A stretch of 64,000 bases of DNA from NCBI GenBank assembly GCA_002419005.1, contig DIFF01000012.1, forward strand, positions 17,436 to 81,435, written 5' to 3'. The stretch comes from Peptococcaceae bacterium UBA5755. GTDB lineage: Bacteria > Bacillota > Dehalobacteriia > UBA4068 > UBA5755. Positions within the stretch are counted from its first letter, which is position 1. Every line of letters begins with the position of its first letter. Shown here piece after piece: positions 38,625-52,743 of the stretch. The notes beneath the pieces are model-generated. The model made no database searches, had not been told where the DNA came from, and was given only the letters and a program-made list of their open reading frames with translations. A program made the position numbers and the translations under genes.

Positions 38625-39248
38625 ATGAATTATATAGATCTTTCTCCGCGCCAGGCAGCCATTCTTGACTACATTAAAGAAGTGGTCGCCGTCAAGGGCT
38701 ATCCACCAACCGTGCGAGAAATCGGGTCCGCTATCGGGCTTAATTCGCCTTCCACCGTGCATGGGCATCTGAACCTTTTAGAACAAAAGGGCTATATTAA
38801 GCGAGATCCTGCCAAGCCACGTGCTTTAGAAGTTGTAGATTTTTCCCCCTACTCCTCTTCTTCAGATAAAGAAATGGTTAATGTTCCAATATTAGGTACC
38901 ATAACTGCTGGGAAACCAATTTTGGCGGTGGAAAACATGGATGATTTTTTCCCTTTGCCAATTGATTTTATCCGTTCCAACAAAGACATCTTTATTTTGC
39001 AGGTTTCTGGAGAAAGTATGATCGAAGCAGGAATTTTAGATGGAGACCACATCATAGTGGAAGAAACACCGGTAGTAAACAATGGGGAAATTGCCGCTGT
39101 TTTAATTGAAGATGAGGCAACGGTCAAGCGTTTTTATAAAGAAAATGACCATATTCGTTTGCAGCCGGAAAACAGTTTAATGGAGCCTATCATCGTTGAT
39201 GAGGTAAAAATTTTAGGAAGAGTAATTGGCCTTTTTAGACGTTTCTAA
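38625..39248 (+). CDS. lexA: LexA repressor
   Basis: N-terminal winged HTH ([12 protein letters not shown]...[10 protein letters not shown]). C-terminal S24 peptidase with an AGKP-like cleavage region and VSGESM...KRF catalytic Ser/Lys. Confidence 0.9.
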   Translation: MNYIDLSPRQAAILDYIKEVVAVKGYPPTVREIGSAIGLNSPSTVHGHLNLLEQKGYIKRDPAKPRALEVVDFSPYSSSSDKEMVNVPILGTITAGKPILAVENMDDFFPLPIDFIRSNKDIFILQVSGESMIEAGILDGDHIIVEETPVVNNGEIAAVLIEDEATVKRFYKENDHIRLQPENSLMEPIIVDEVKILGRVIGLFRRF

Positions 39249-39273
39249 TCTAATTTTTAATTTAAATATTTTA

Positions 39274-39313
39274 AAGGGGTATGTTTTCTTTTAAGAAAAC
39301 ATACCCCTTTTTG
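39274..39313. terminator. bidirectional terminator (lexA + / ligA -)
   Basis: Perfect 16-bp stem aaggggtatgttttct-ttta-agaaaacatacccctt, flanked by T/A runs. Confidence 0.7.
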
Positions 39314-39328
39314 TATACTTTATTAATA

Positions 39329-43584
<4,256 letters not shown>

Positions 43585-43619
43585 TTAAATTTTATACTCC
43601 TGTTCTGATCTGGCATCTT

Positions 43620-43916
43620 TTACTTGCCGTTTAAACGTTCCAAAATTAATTTGTAGCCATTAGCTCCATAGTTTAAGTAACGTTTAACTCGACTAATGGT
43701 GGCTGTGCTAGCCCCCGTACAAGAAGCAATATCAGAATATGTATTTTCTTTCATCAGCATTTTTGCCACAGCAAAACGCTGTGCCAAAGACTTTAGCTCT
43801 CCTACTGTGCAAATATCCTCAAAAAAGCGGTAACACTCTTCTGAATCCTTTAAGGCTAGAATTGCCCCAAAAAGATCATTAGTAAAATCATCTTCTAGTT
43901 TGCTTTGATATGCCAT
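43620..43916 (-). CDS. yerC: YerC/YecD-family TrpR-like protein
   Basis: 98 aa. Start after GGAGGG. Conserved YerC-type helix-turn-helix fold region (...ATISRVKRYL...). Confidence 0.6.
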   Translation of the reverse strand: MAYQSKLEDDFTNDLFGAILALKDSEECYRFFEDICTVGELKSLAQRFAVAKMLMKENTYSDIASCTGASTATISRVKRYLNYGANGYKLILERLNGK

Positions 43917-44024
43917 GTTTTCCCTCCTAACCAAACACGCGTTACTGTTATTCTTTAAAATTTTAATACATCACAGTATTAAATATATTCAATACCTAAC
44001 TGCCGTTTCCTGCTGCTCTTGAAG

Positions 44025-44228
44025 TTATAAAAATTTGTAAAACCAAAGGTTGAATATATTTATTCCTTTCCAACCAGCAAATTTAAAAGCTAATAAAACA
44101 AGCGCAATGGCAAAAACCAAAAAATAACAAACTATTTCTTTTTTGTTACCCTCTTGTAAAAGACCTGGCAACTGACGTTTTAAAAAAAATGCCAATACTG
44201 GCACAAAAATAAGCCACCCTACAATCAT
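44025..44228 (-). CDS. small 2-TM membrane protein overlapping the gerB-like stop
   Basis: 67 aa with two hydrophobic helices. 4-nt overlap with the upstream gene suggests co-translation with the ger operon. Confidence 0.35.
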   Translation of the reverse strand: MIVGWLIFVPVLAFFLKRQLPGLLQEGNKKEIVCYFLVFAIALVLLAFKFAGWKGINIFNLWFYKFL

Positions 44229-45316
44229 GCCGGTTTCCTCCTTTTACGCAAAACACCTAATATAAGCGTTAAAAGCGGAATTAAAATATAAAAAACCCCA
44301 TCAAAATAAGGCAAAACATATAAAATAGTTTGAAATATTTCCCCAATAAATATAAACAGGTTTTCGCAGAGACAAGTAATTATTATGAAAAGGAGCGGAA
44401 AAACAAAACTGTACTTTGCCAAACCAAAAAGCTGGCCAAAGGCGTAACCTGCCAAAAAAACCAAAATACCAATCCGTAAAAAAGCAATTGAGAGAATGGC
44501 AACAACCCCAAAAACCTCTATGCGAACAAATGAATCATTTATAGTTATCATTTTTAGTGACTCCGTAAGAGGAAAAGTTTCTCGAATTATGCCATCTCCC
44601 AATACAAATGTGTTAATAAGGGTGATAAGAATAAAAGAAAAACCTGCAATTAAAACTCCTTTACAAATAGAAGCCCCTGCTTTTTGAGGTTCAATAAAAT
44701 GAGGCAAAAGCAAAATAAACAATGATATAGCCCCAAAAGGAATAAAGGTTAAGCTGGCTGAAACTTTTGTAAAATCTACCCAATCTGTTCTCGCAACCGG
44801 CAGCAAATTGTTAAAATCCATTTGATTAAACAATAGAAAAAAATAAAATATTATCATTAAAATGAAACCATATACAAGAAATTTAGCAAAACGGCCCAAG
44901 ACTATTAAGCCTTTGCTAGCTATAAAGCAGGAAAAAGCCGCAATTAACGTTATATAAATTATTTTAGGGGTTCTTCTCATATATACACTTATCCAAAAGT
45001 ACTCTAAGCTTTTGGTATCTGTACAAATCAAAAACAACAACAAAAGTATATATAAAATTATTATTATTTTAGCCAAAACCTTGCCATAAGCAAGGGTAAG
45101 AACATCGCCCCAGGTTTTTCCGGCAAAGGCTTTAAACCACATACCACAAATAGCACATAAAATTAAGTTTACCAAAATAGCTATAACTATGCCAAGCCAG
45201 CTATCTCTGCCAAGCACAGATTCGGCCGGGGATATGAGTATTTCACCCCCCAGAATTAGCACGCTTGCCAAAAAAACCAGCATTTTGTTGTTTATTTTAA
45301 ATTCTTTTATATTCAT
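44225..45316 (-). CDS. spore germination protein, GerAB/GerKB family (amino-acid-permease-like)
   Basis: About 10-TM APC-like profile. N-terminus MNIKEFKINNKMLVFLASVLILGGE. Start choice (internal ATG after GGGAGAG) is uncertain. Confidence 0.7.
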   Translation of the reverse strand: MNIKEFKINNKMLVFLASVLILGGEILISPAESVLGRDSWLGIVIAILVNLILCAICGMWFKAFAGKTWGDVLTLAYGKVLAKIIIILYILLLLFLICTDTKSLEYFWISVYMRRTPKIIYITLIAAFSCFIASKGLIVLGRFAKFLVYGFILMIIFYFFLLFNQMDFNNLLPVARTDWVDFTKVSASLTFIPFGAISLFILLLPHFIEPQKAGASICKGVLIAGFSFILITLINTFVLGDGIIRETFPLTESLKMITINDSFVRIEVFGVVAILSIAFLRIGILVFLAGYAFGQLFGLAKYSFVFPLLFIIITCLCENLFIFIGEIFQTILYVLPYFDGVFYILIPLLTLILGVLRKRRKPA

Positions 45317-45390
45317 ATACTCTCCCAAACCTAAGCTTTTTAAATTAATATCCAAAAATTAATATTCAAATGCTGTTTTAAAACTTAGAC

Positions 45391-46530
45391 TTAGTTTTTA
45401 TACTGTATGGGATAGTTTATATCTCCCTGGAAAAGGATTTGAGTTTTCACCTCTATGGATAGGGTTATTTTTTGGATGTTCTCCGGCCAATCTTCTCTTA
45501 ACTTTTGCCATATCTTTGGTTTATAACGATTTATTTGTTGACCAAGATGGAGCACATCTGCTTTTAGCTCTTTTTCTTTTTCCCAGGTTGTTAATATTTC
45601 TGCTTTTATTAATTCAGCAAGCGCTTGATTTAGCCAGTCTATCTGCTCCTTTTGCAGTATATCTTCGTAACCTATTTGTTCTCTTATGGCGCTTTTGACT
45701 TCCAGTTTGATTATTATTTCTACCTTACCATCTTTTTCTTTTACCTGGTATTTTTGCTTTAACCCTAAAAGATTCAGGACGACCAAATTTGTCTCGGTTT
45801 TATCTTTTACCAAAAATACACTGCTTTGTAGCAGGCCGCGGGCCAAAAGCAAGCCTCTTGTTTCTGTAGAATCTAGCTCTCCCACAACCGTGTTATCTTT
45901 AAAAACAGCTAAACCTGCTAATTCCACTTCTTTTTTTTCATTTAATTCAATTATGGGAAGAATTGCAGCTGCTCCTTCAGTCATCATATCGCTAAAAAGA
46001 TCTTTTTGCAGGATGGTATAAGAAAAACCATTGCCCCTTGAGATTTGCCCTTTCATAAGGTTTGCTATTTCTTTGGCCTGACTATTTAAACTATCTTTGT
46101 TTTCTACGTTTAAAATATCCTTTGCCGGACCTTTGCTTATCGTAATATAAACATCCGGACGTATATAATGGCTACGGTTCCAGGAATCTATATATATATT
46201 TGTTGGTTGTTTTGATAACTCTTCCCCTATTATTAAAACCTGGTCATAGGCCCAAGTAAACTGATTGTTAGTCACTTTGCTTAAATTTTGTACTGCTTCT
46301 ATTACTGTTGCGCCTTTTACAGTTATTGTTTTTGTTTCAACGCTATAACCCTGTTCCTGCTTTGAGGGCATTAAAATTTCCACCGTTAATTCTATTTGCC
46401 CATCCTCTGTAAAATCATATGCGGTTCCGATTCCTATGATCATATCACTGATTTCCACACTGTCCCAGCAGCCTACTAAAGCAAACAAAAGCAAAAAAAC
46501 CAAGAGAGCAAAAATTACATGTTTTTTCAT
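45391..46530 (-). CDS. spore germination lipoprotein, GerAC family
   Basis: Lipobox LVGCW. GerAC-like length and composition. Confidence 0.7.
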   Translation of the reverse strand: MKKHVIFALLVFLLLFALVGCWDSVEISDMIIGIGTAYDFTEDGQIELTVEILMPSKQEQGYSVETKTITVKGATVIEAVQNLSKVTNNQFTWAYDQVLIIGEELSKQPTNIYIDSWNRSHYIRPDVYITISKGPAKDILNVENKDSLNSQAKEIANLMKGQISRGNGFSYTILQKDLFSDMMTEGAAAILPIIELNEKKEVELAGLAVFKDNTVVGELDSTETRGLLLARGLLQSSVFLVKDKTETNLVVLNLLGLKQKYQVKEKDGKVEIIIKLEVKSAIREQIGYEDILQKEQIDWLNQALAELIKAEILTTWEKEKELKADVLHLGQQINRYKPKIWQKLREDWPENIQKITLSIEVKTQILFQGDINYPIQYKN

Positions 46531-48038
46531 GTTTTTGCCTCCTTGGCGGGTTTTTGGTTTTTGGCCTGTCTGTGTTTGCTGCCGGATGTTGCCAAATAAG
46601 TTGGTCTTTTATCCAGCATCCAAAGAGGAAAACGCACAATTGTATCACGCAAGCTGTAGGTCGGTAAAATGGGGGCCAGATACGGCACGCCAAATGATTT
46701 TAAGGATAAAAGGTGTCCGAAAAAAAACATGCTACCAATGAGTATGCCAAAACCTCCTAAAACACCAGCTAAAATAAGAAAAATTATGCGATACATGGTA
46801 CCAGAATCGGTTAAAGGATTTGTTACGAAAGAAGCAATAGCGGTGCCGGCCACCACTATTACTACGGGAGCACTAATGATGCCGGCCGCAACTGCCGTTT
46901 GGCCGATTACCAAAGCACCCACAATGCTAACAGCCTCACCAGCCGGGCGGGGTAAACGAACACCGGCCTCCCGCAATATTTCATAAATTATGCCCAGAAT
47001 GAAAATCCCTAATACTGCATTGAAAGGGGTGTTTATGTCTGCCGTGGAAATCGTTAAAGACAGTTCATATGGCAAAAGCTCCTGGTGAAAACAGATAATT
47101 GCCACATAAATACCCGGACCCCAAACACTTACAAACAAAGATATATATCTTATTAATCTTACAAAGGCAGCATAATAAGGCCTTGAATAGTAATCTTCAG
47201 AACTTTGCATGGTCTCCACAAACAAAAGCGGCACTGTAAGCACAATGGGACTGCCATCCACCATAATGGCCACCCTGCCCTCCAGCATTTTTGCCGCAAC
47301 CTTGTCCGGTTTTTCGCTGTTGCCAACTGTAGCAAAAACAGAATAAGGATTGTCTTCTATCAGCTGTTCTATATACCCCGACTCAAAAATGCCATCTATA
47401 TCTATTTTTTCTATTCTTTTTTTTACTTCTTTTACCACATTTGGGTCCGCCAAGCTTCTTAAATACACTACAGCCACATTTGTTTGAGTGTATCGGCCAA
47501 CTACAAATCTTTCCAGCGTAAAATCTGGGTGTTTTAGTTTACGGCGCAGCAGCGCAATGTTGGTTTGCAAATTTTCTACAAAGCCTTCTCGCGGACCACG
47601 CACCACCACCTCTGTGCTGGGCTCGGTTATGCTCCTTTTTTCCCATCCTCTGGTTTCTATCAAAAGGGCTTCTGCGTTTCCTTCCAAAAGCAACACGGTA
47701 AACCCGTTAATAAGCCTGTTAATAATAACTTTTAGTTCCGCTGCTTCTTCTATTTCTACGGTTGAAATAAAAGATTTGCTTATATTTTCTAGGGTTATCT
47801 TTTCCTCATCTACAGCAATATTTTGCAGCGGTTTTAAAATAAAATCGCTGATAGTTCTTTTATCTATAAGTCCATCCAAATACAAAAAACAAGCTGTCTG
47901 GCCATATTTGCCACCTATAATAATTTCCCTTTGTATCATTTCGTTGTTTTTACCCATTATTGCATTAATTTTGGCCAGGTTTTCGGCCAAATCTTCTGTT
48001 AAGGTGCCTGTTATATCCAAACTGTGTGTGTTACCCAT
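46527..48038 (-). CDS. spore germination protein, GerAA family
   Basis: Soluble N-domain plus C-terminal multi-TM domain typical of the GerAA/GerKA A subunit. Overlaps the C-subunit start. Confidence 0.75.
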   Translation of the reverse strand: MGNTHSLDITGTLTEDLAENLAKINAIMGKNNEMIQREIIIGGKYGQTACFLYLDGLIDKRTISDFILKPLQNIAVDEEKITLENISKSFISTVEIEEAAELKVIINRLINGFTVLLLEGNAEALLIETRGWEKRSITEPSTEVVVRGPREGFVENLQTNIALLRRKLKHPDFTLERFVVGRYTQTNVAVVYLRSLADPNVVKEVKKRIEKIDIDGIFESGYIEQLIEDNPYSVFATVGNSEKPDKVAAKMLEGRVAIMVDGSPIVLTVPLLFVETMQSSEDYYSRPYYAAFVRLIRYISLFVSVWGPGIYVAIICFHQELLPYELSLTISTADINTPFNAVLGIFILGIIYEILREAGVRLPRPAGEAVSIVGALVIGQTAVAAGIISAPVVIVVAGTAIASFVTNPLTDSGTMYRIIFLILAGVLGGFGILIGSMFFFGHLLSLKSFGVPYLAPILPTYSLRDTIVRFPLWMLDKRPTYLATSGSKHRQAKNQKPAKEAKT

Positions 48039-48073
48039 GTTTTGCCTCCCTAAGCAGACTTTTTTATTTTACT

Positions 48074-48103
48074 TATTATGGCAAAAATGGCAAAAATCTA
48101 TGC
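48074..48103 (-). promoter_or_regulatory. forespore sigma-G/F-type promoter upstream of the ger operon (GCATA-18-CATAATA)
   Basis: Minus strand: gcATAgatttttgccatttttgcCATAATA. The spacer contains a tandem GCCATTTTT x2. Confidence 0.5.
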
Positions 48104-48149
48104 ATACAGGGATTTTATAGAATCAATTAAAGTTGCTCTTACATAAAAA

Positions 48150-48180
48150 AGTGCCCCCAGAAGGGGCACTTTTTTATTTT
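48150..48180 (-). terminator. rho-independent terminator downstream of purD
   Basis: agtgcccc-cagaa-ggggcact plus TTTTTTATTTTTT (read on the minus strand as A-rich, then hairpin). Usable in both directions. Confidence 0.6.
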
Positions 48181-48197
48181 TTACATATTATAAAATT

Positions 48198-49466
48198 TTA
48201 TTTTTTAGCCAGGGCCCTGTGACCTATATCTTTACGGTAGAAAGCACCCTGAAAACTGATTTTTGCGGTAGCGGCATAAGCATTATCTATGGCTTTTTGA
48301 ATGTCATCACCCAAAGCTGTTACGCCCAAAACCCGGCCACCGCTCGTTAAAATTGCCTGATCTTTTTGCTTGGTACCGGCATGAAAAACAGTCGCGATTT
48401 TTGCTGCTTCGACCAGGCCAAAAATCGGCATGCCTTTTTTGTAGGCCCCCGGGTAGCCATCCGAAGCTACAACCACACAAACTGCCGGCTGAGAAAGCCA
48501 CTCTATTTTTTGGTTTTGCAGGGTACCCGACAAAATGGCCTCTATTATATCGACTAAATCGGTAGCCAAGCGCAAAAGAACTGGTTGGGTTTCCGGGTCG
48601 CCAAAGCGAGCATTATATTCCAGCACTTTTGGACCATTGGCGGTAAGCATAAGGCCGGCATAGATAACACCCTGGTACAAACGGCCTTCCTGACGCAAAC
48701 CGTCTATGGTGGGCTGCAAAATACTTTTTTGGACAACTTTGGCAATGGCCGGGGTGTAAACAGGTGCCGGGGAATAGGCCCCCATGCCGCCTGTGTTGGG
48801 GCCTTGGTCGCCATCAAATACCCTTTTATGGTCTTGAGCAGATTCCATAGGCACCACTGTGTAGCCATCAGTAAAAGCCAGAATGCTCACTTCTTCGCCC
48901 TCCAAATATTCCTCTATGACTATTTGGTTGCCAGCTTCGCCAAAAACTTTGCTTTGCATCATATCTTCAACTGCCTGTAAAGCGGTTTGTTTATCCATGG
49001 CCACAATCACACCTTTGCCGGCAGCCAGACCATCCGCCTTTACCACCAAAGGAGCACCTAGCTCTTCAACATAGGCTTTGGCGGCCGCAGCATCTGTAAA
49101 AGCCGCATATTTGGCGGTAGAGATATTATACTTTGCCATTAGCTCTTTAGCCAAAATTTTTGAACCTTCAACAGCTGCCGCCGCTTTTTTGGCCCCAAAA
49201 ACTTTTAAACCAGCTGCCTCAAACTCATCAGCCAAGCCAGCCATCAAAGGAGCCTCGGGGCCAACCACTGTCAAATCTATTTTGTTGGTTTGGGCAAATG
49301 CCAAAAGGCCTGATACATCATCCACAGCGATATCCACACATTGGGCCAACTGACCAATTCCGGCATTGCCGGGCGCTGCATATATTTTGCTTACTTTGGG
49401 GCTTTGAGCCAGCTTCCACACCAAAGCATGCTCTCTACCGCCACCGCCAACTACCAATATTTTCAT
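48198..49466 (-). CDS. purD: phosphoribosylamine--glycine ligase
   Basis: MKILVVGGGGREHAL N-terminus, ATP-grasp. Confidence 0.9.
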   Translation of the reverse strand: MKILVVGGGGREHALVWKLAQSPKVSKIYAAPGNAGIGQLAQCVDIAVDDVSGLLAFAQTNKIDLTVVGPEAPLMAGLADEFEAAGLKVFGAKKAAAAVEGSKILAKELMAKYNISTAKYAAFTDAAAAKAYVEELGAPLVVKADGLAAGKGVIVAMDKQTALQAVEDMMQSKVFGEAGNQIVIEEYLEGEEVSILAFTDGYTVVPMESAQDHKRVFDGDQGPNTGGMGAYSPAPVYTPAIAKVVQKSILQPTIDGLRQEGRLYQGVIYAGLMLTANGPKVLEYNARFGDPETQPVLLRLATDLVDIIEAILSGTLQNQKIEWLSQPAVCVVVASDGYPGAYKKGMPIFGLVEAAKIATVFHAGTKQKDQAILTSGGRVLGVTALGDDIQKAIDNAYAATAKISFQGAFYRKDIGHRALAKK

Positions 49467-49483
49467 ATTTTGCCTCCTGGTTT

Positions 49484-51031
49484 TTAGTGTTTAAAATGAC
49501 GCATGCCGGTAAATACCATGGCAATACCTGCTTCATCACAGGCCTGGATAGATTCTTCATCTCTTATGGAGCCACCCGGCTGAATAATTGCCTTGATACC
49601 TTTGGCAACAGCCTGATCTACCGTATCCCGGAAGGGGAAAAAAGCTTCGGAGGCCAAAACTGCTCCATGGCTTAAACTGCCAGCCTGAGTAAAAGCCACA
49701 TTGGCAGCACCAACTCGATTAGTGTGGCCTGCCCCTACTCCCACCACTTGTTTATCCTTGCTTAGCACTATAGCATTAGATTTTACATGTTTTACTACCC
49801 GCCAGGCAAAAAGCAACTCTTCAATTTCTGCCGGGGTAGGCTGTTTTTTGGTAACTACCTTCAAATCGGCTGCTTCCACATGGCCGCTATCAGCATCTTG
49901 TAGCAAAAAGCCACCATTTACATTTTTCATCATCAGTTTGTGTTCATTTTCAGCAAAAGCTCCGGTGGCAAGCAAACGAAGATTAATCTTTTTACTTAAA
50001 ATCTCCAAGGCTTCCGGCAAAAAACCCGGTGCTACGATAGCTTCCAAAAAGAGCTGGCTCATATCTTTAGCTACGGCTGCGTCCACCGTGCCATTTAAGC
50101 CCACAATGCCGCCATAAGCAGAAATAGGGTCAGCAGCCAGGGCCCGGCCATAAGCCTCTTGTAAATCTTGGCCCAGGGAAACACCGCAGGGGTTGGTGTG
50201 TTTGATGATAACTACTGCCGGGCCATCGTTGTTAAATTCTTTAACCAGTTCCAGGGCTGCATCTATATCCACAATATTGTTATAAGATAGCTCTTTACCT
50301 TGCAGCTGTTTAGCAGTAGCCACAGAAGATATTTGCGCATTTAGAGAGCGGTAGAAAGCCGCCTTTTGGTGCGGATTTTCTCCATAACGCATGGATTGGA
50401 GCTTTTCCCCCACTATTAAAGCGGTCTCCGGAAAATCTTCTTTCCAACCGCAAACCCTTTTTAGGTAGTTGGAAATGTAAGCATCATATTCTGCTGTGTG
50501 GGTAAAAGCCTCGGTAGCAAGTTCCAGCCTTGTTGCTTCGTTTATTTTGCCATCTTTTTTTAGCATATCCACAATTTGCGGATAGCGAGCCGGGTTTACC
50601 ACCACTGCTACAGCTTTATAGTTTTTGGCGGCTGCGCGCACCATGGTTGGACCACCAATATCTATATTTTCTATGGCATCAGCAAGCTCCACATTGGGTT
50701 TAGCAATGGTGACCTTAAAAGGGTACAGGTTTACTACGACCAAATCGACTGGGGTAATATTATGCTCTTTTAATTGGACTAAATGCTCTGGTGTCCGCAT
50801 AGCCAAAATGCCAGCATGCACAAAAGGATGTAACGTTTTTACTCTGCCATCCAAAATTTCCGGAAAACCGGTAACTTCCGTTACATAGGTGGCAGGTATA
50901 CCCTTTTCTGTTATGGCTTTATAAGTTCCACCTGTAGAAACTATTTCAAAACCTAAAGCTACTAATTGTTCTGCCAACTCCAGCACCCCGGTTTTGTCAG
51001 AAACACTAATAATAGCCCTTTTTTTCATCAT
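49484..51031 (-). CDS. purH: bifunctional AICAR transformylase / IMP cyclohydrolase
   Basis: MGS-like N-domain (ALISVSDKTG) and AICARFT C-domain. Confidence 0.9.
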   Translation of the reverse strand: MMKKRAIISVSDKTGVLELAEQLVALGFEIVSTGGTYKAITEKGIPATYVTEVTGFPEILDGRVKTLHPFVHAGILAMRTPEHLVQLKEHNITPVDLVVVNLYPFKVTIAKPNVELADAIENIDIGGPTMVRAAAKNYKAVAVVVNPARYPQIVDMLKKDGKINEATRLELATEAFTHTAEYDAYISNYLKRVCGWKEDFPETALIVGEKLQSMRYGENPHQKAAFYRSLNAQISSVATAKQLQGKELSYNNIVDIDAALELVKEFNNDGPAVVIIKHTNPCGVSLGQDLQEAYGRALAADPISAYGGIVGLNGTVDAAVAKDMSQLFLEAIVAPGFLPEALEILSKKINLRLLATGAFAENEHKLMMKNVNGGFLLQDADSGHVEAADLKVVTKKQPTPAEIEELLFAWRVVKHVKSNAIVLSKDKQVVGVGAGHTNRVGAANVAFTQAGSLSHGAVLASEAFFPFRDTVDQAVAKGIKAIIQPGGSIRDEESIQACDEAGIAMVFTGMRHFKH

Positions 51032-51050
51032 TTACATCCCCTTTTGTTTT

Positions 51051-51674
51051 TTAATCTATATATACTTTGCGGCCAACAAGCCGTAATTTATCATTTTTGA
51101 TCAGGCCAATTACCTGAGAAAGTAAAATATGTTCTTCTTTTAAAATGCGAGCCGCCAAATCTTCCTCTGAATCATCAGCAAAAGCTTCTACCGTTTTTTG
51201 GGCTATAATCGGGCCGGTATCTGCTCCGGCATCCACAAAATGTACCGTGCAGCCAGATACCTTTACGCCATATTCCCAGGCTTGTTTTTGGGCATGCAAA
51301 CCAGGAAAAGAAGGCAAAAGTGCCGGGTGGATATTGATGACCCTTTGGGGGAACTGGCTTAAAAAATCTTCGGTAAGCAAACGCATAAAACCAGCCAAAA
51401 CCACGAGCTCAGCCCCACTCTTTTTAACCAAGTGAGCCAATGCCCCGTTATATTCTTTTTGGCCAGAAAAATTTGCCGGGTTGGCCACAAAACATGGTAT
51501 CCCTGCCTCTTTGGCAATAGTCAGGGCATAAGCATCAGGCTTATCGGAAAGCACCATTGTTATTTCTACACCGGGCAAAGTGCCGTTTTCGATATTTTGT
51601 ATAATGGCTTTTAAGTTTGAACCACGGCCAGAAACAAAAACCGCTATGGGAAAATTTTTCATATTTTTCACCAA
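51051..51674 (-). CDS. purN: phosphoribosylglycinamide formyltransferase
   Basis: IAVFVSGRGSNL and formyltransferase HPSLLP motif. Start may be the GTG or the ATG 4 codons later. Confidence 0.85.
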   Translation of the reverse strand: MVKNMKNFPIAVFVSGRGSNLKAIIQNIENGTLPGVEITMVLSDKPDAYALTIAKEAGIPCFVANPANFSGQKEYNGALAHLVKKSGAELVVLAGFMRLLTEDFLSQFPQRVINIHPALLPSFPGLHAQKQAWEYGVKVSGCTVHFVDAGADTGPIIAQKTVEAFADDSEEDLAARILKEEHILLSQVIGLIKNDKLRLVGRKVYID

Positions 51675-51701
51675 TTTCCTTTTATGATTTCCTATTTCTA
51701 T

Positions 51702-52730
51702 TTATTTTAATAAAACAAATTTTTGACCTGCTTCTGTTTTTTGCATTTCACCCATAACAAAAGAACCAGGGATAAGGCTTAATACCAGGTTTGCCTGATT
51801 GGCAGGAACAATGACTACCATTCCGACCCCCATGTTGAAAACCCGAAACATTTCTTCCTTTGCAATATTGCCGGTTTTTTGTAAAAGGCCAAAAATAGGC
51901 GCAGGAGACCAAGCAAAGGTATCTATAACCGCTTTTAAGCCTTTTGGGAAAACCCTTGGCAAGTTTTCTACAAGGCCACCGCCGGTAATATGGGCCAAGG
52001 CCTTCACATCAACTTTATCCAAGAGTGGCAAAATATCTTTTACATAGATGCGGGTAGGGGTAAGCATGGCTTCTCCAATTGTCATCCCCAGCTCATCAAT
52101 ATTGGTATCAATTTTATAGCCAACCGAACCGTCCAAAAGCACCTTTCTTGCCAGGGAATATCCGTTGGAGTGCAACCCCGTGGAAGAGAGACCAATCAGT
52201 ACCTCCCCAGCCTTTACGGAATTGCCGCTGATTATTTTACTTTTATCCACCACGCCAACAGCAAAGCCTGCTATATCATATTCATCTTCGCCGTAAAAAC
52301 CAGGCATTTCGGCGGTTTCGCCACCAATTAAGGAACAGCCAGCCTGAAGGCAGCCAGCGGCAACCCCTTTTACTATATTTGCCACTTTATCGGGGTTCAA
52401 TTTACCCACGGCTATATAATCCAAAAAGAAGAGAGGTTCTGCACCCTGAGCCAAAATGTCATTCACACACATGGCAACAGCATCTATGCCAATTGTGCTA
52501 TGCTGGTTCATCAACATAGCCACTTTTAACTTGGTACCTACCCCATCTGTACCAGAAACCAAAACAGGCTCTTTGTACTTTTTGATATTCAGGGCAAAAA
52601 GACCGCTAAAACCGCCCAGCTCCGTTAAAACCTCTTTTCTGAAGGTAGCCTGAACATAATTTTTCATTTTTTTTACTGCTTCGTTGCCGGCATCAATATC
52701 CACTCCGGCATCTTTGTAAGTAAAAGCCAT
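51702..52730 (-). CDS. purM: phosphoribosylformylglycinamidine cyclo-ligase
   Basis: [13 protein letters not shown] motif. Start at ATG after AAAGGAG (the ORF-track start lies 22 codons upstream). Confidence 0.9.
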   Translation of the reverse strand: MAFTYKDAGVDIDAGNEAVKKMKNYVQATFRKEVLTELGGFSGLFALNIKKYKEPVLVSGTDGVGTKLKVAMLMNQHSTIGIDAVAMCVNDILAQGAEPLFFLDYIAVGKLNPDKVANIVKGVAAGCLQAGCSLIGGETAEMPGFYGEDEYDIAGFAVGVVDKSKIISGNSVKAGEVLIGLSSTGLHSNGYSLARKVLLDGSVGYKIDTNIDELGMTIGEAMLTPTRIYVKDILPLLDKVDVKALAHITGGGLVENLPRVFPKGLKAVIDTFAWSPAPIFGLLQKTGNIAKEEMFRVFNMGVGMVVIVPANQANLVLSLIPGSFVMGEMQKTEAGQKFVLLK

Positions 52731-52743
52731 TAGTTTTTCTCCT

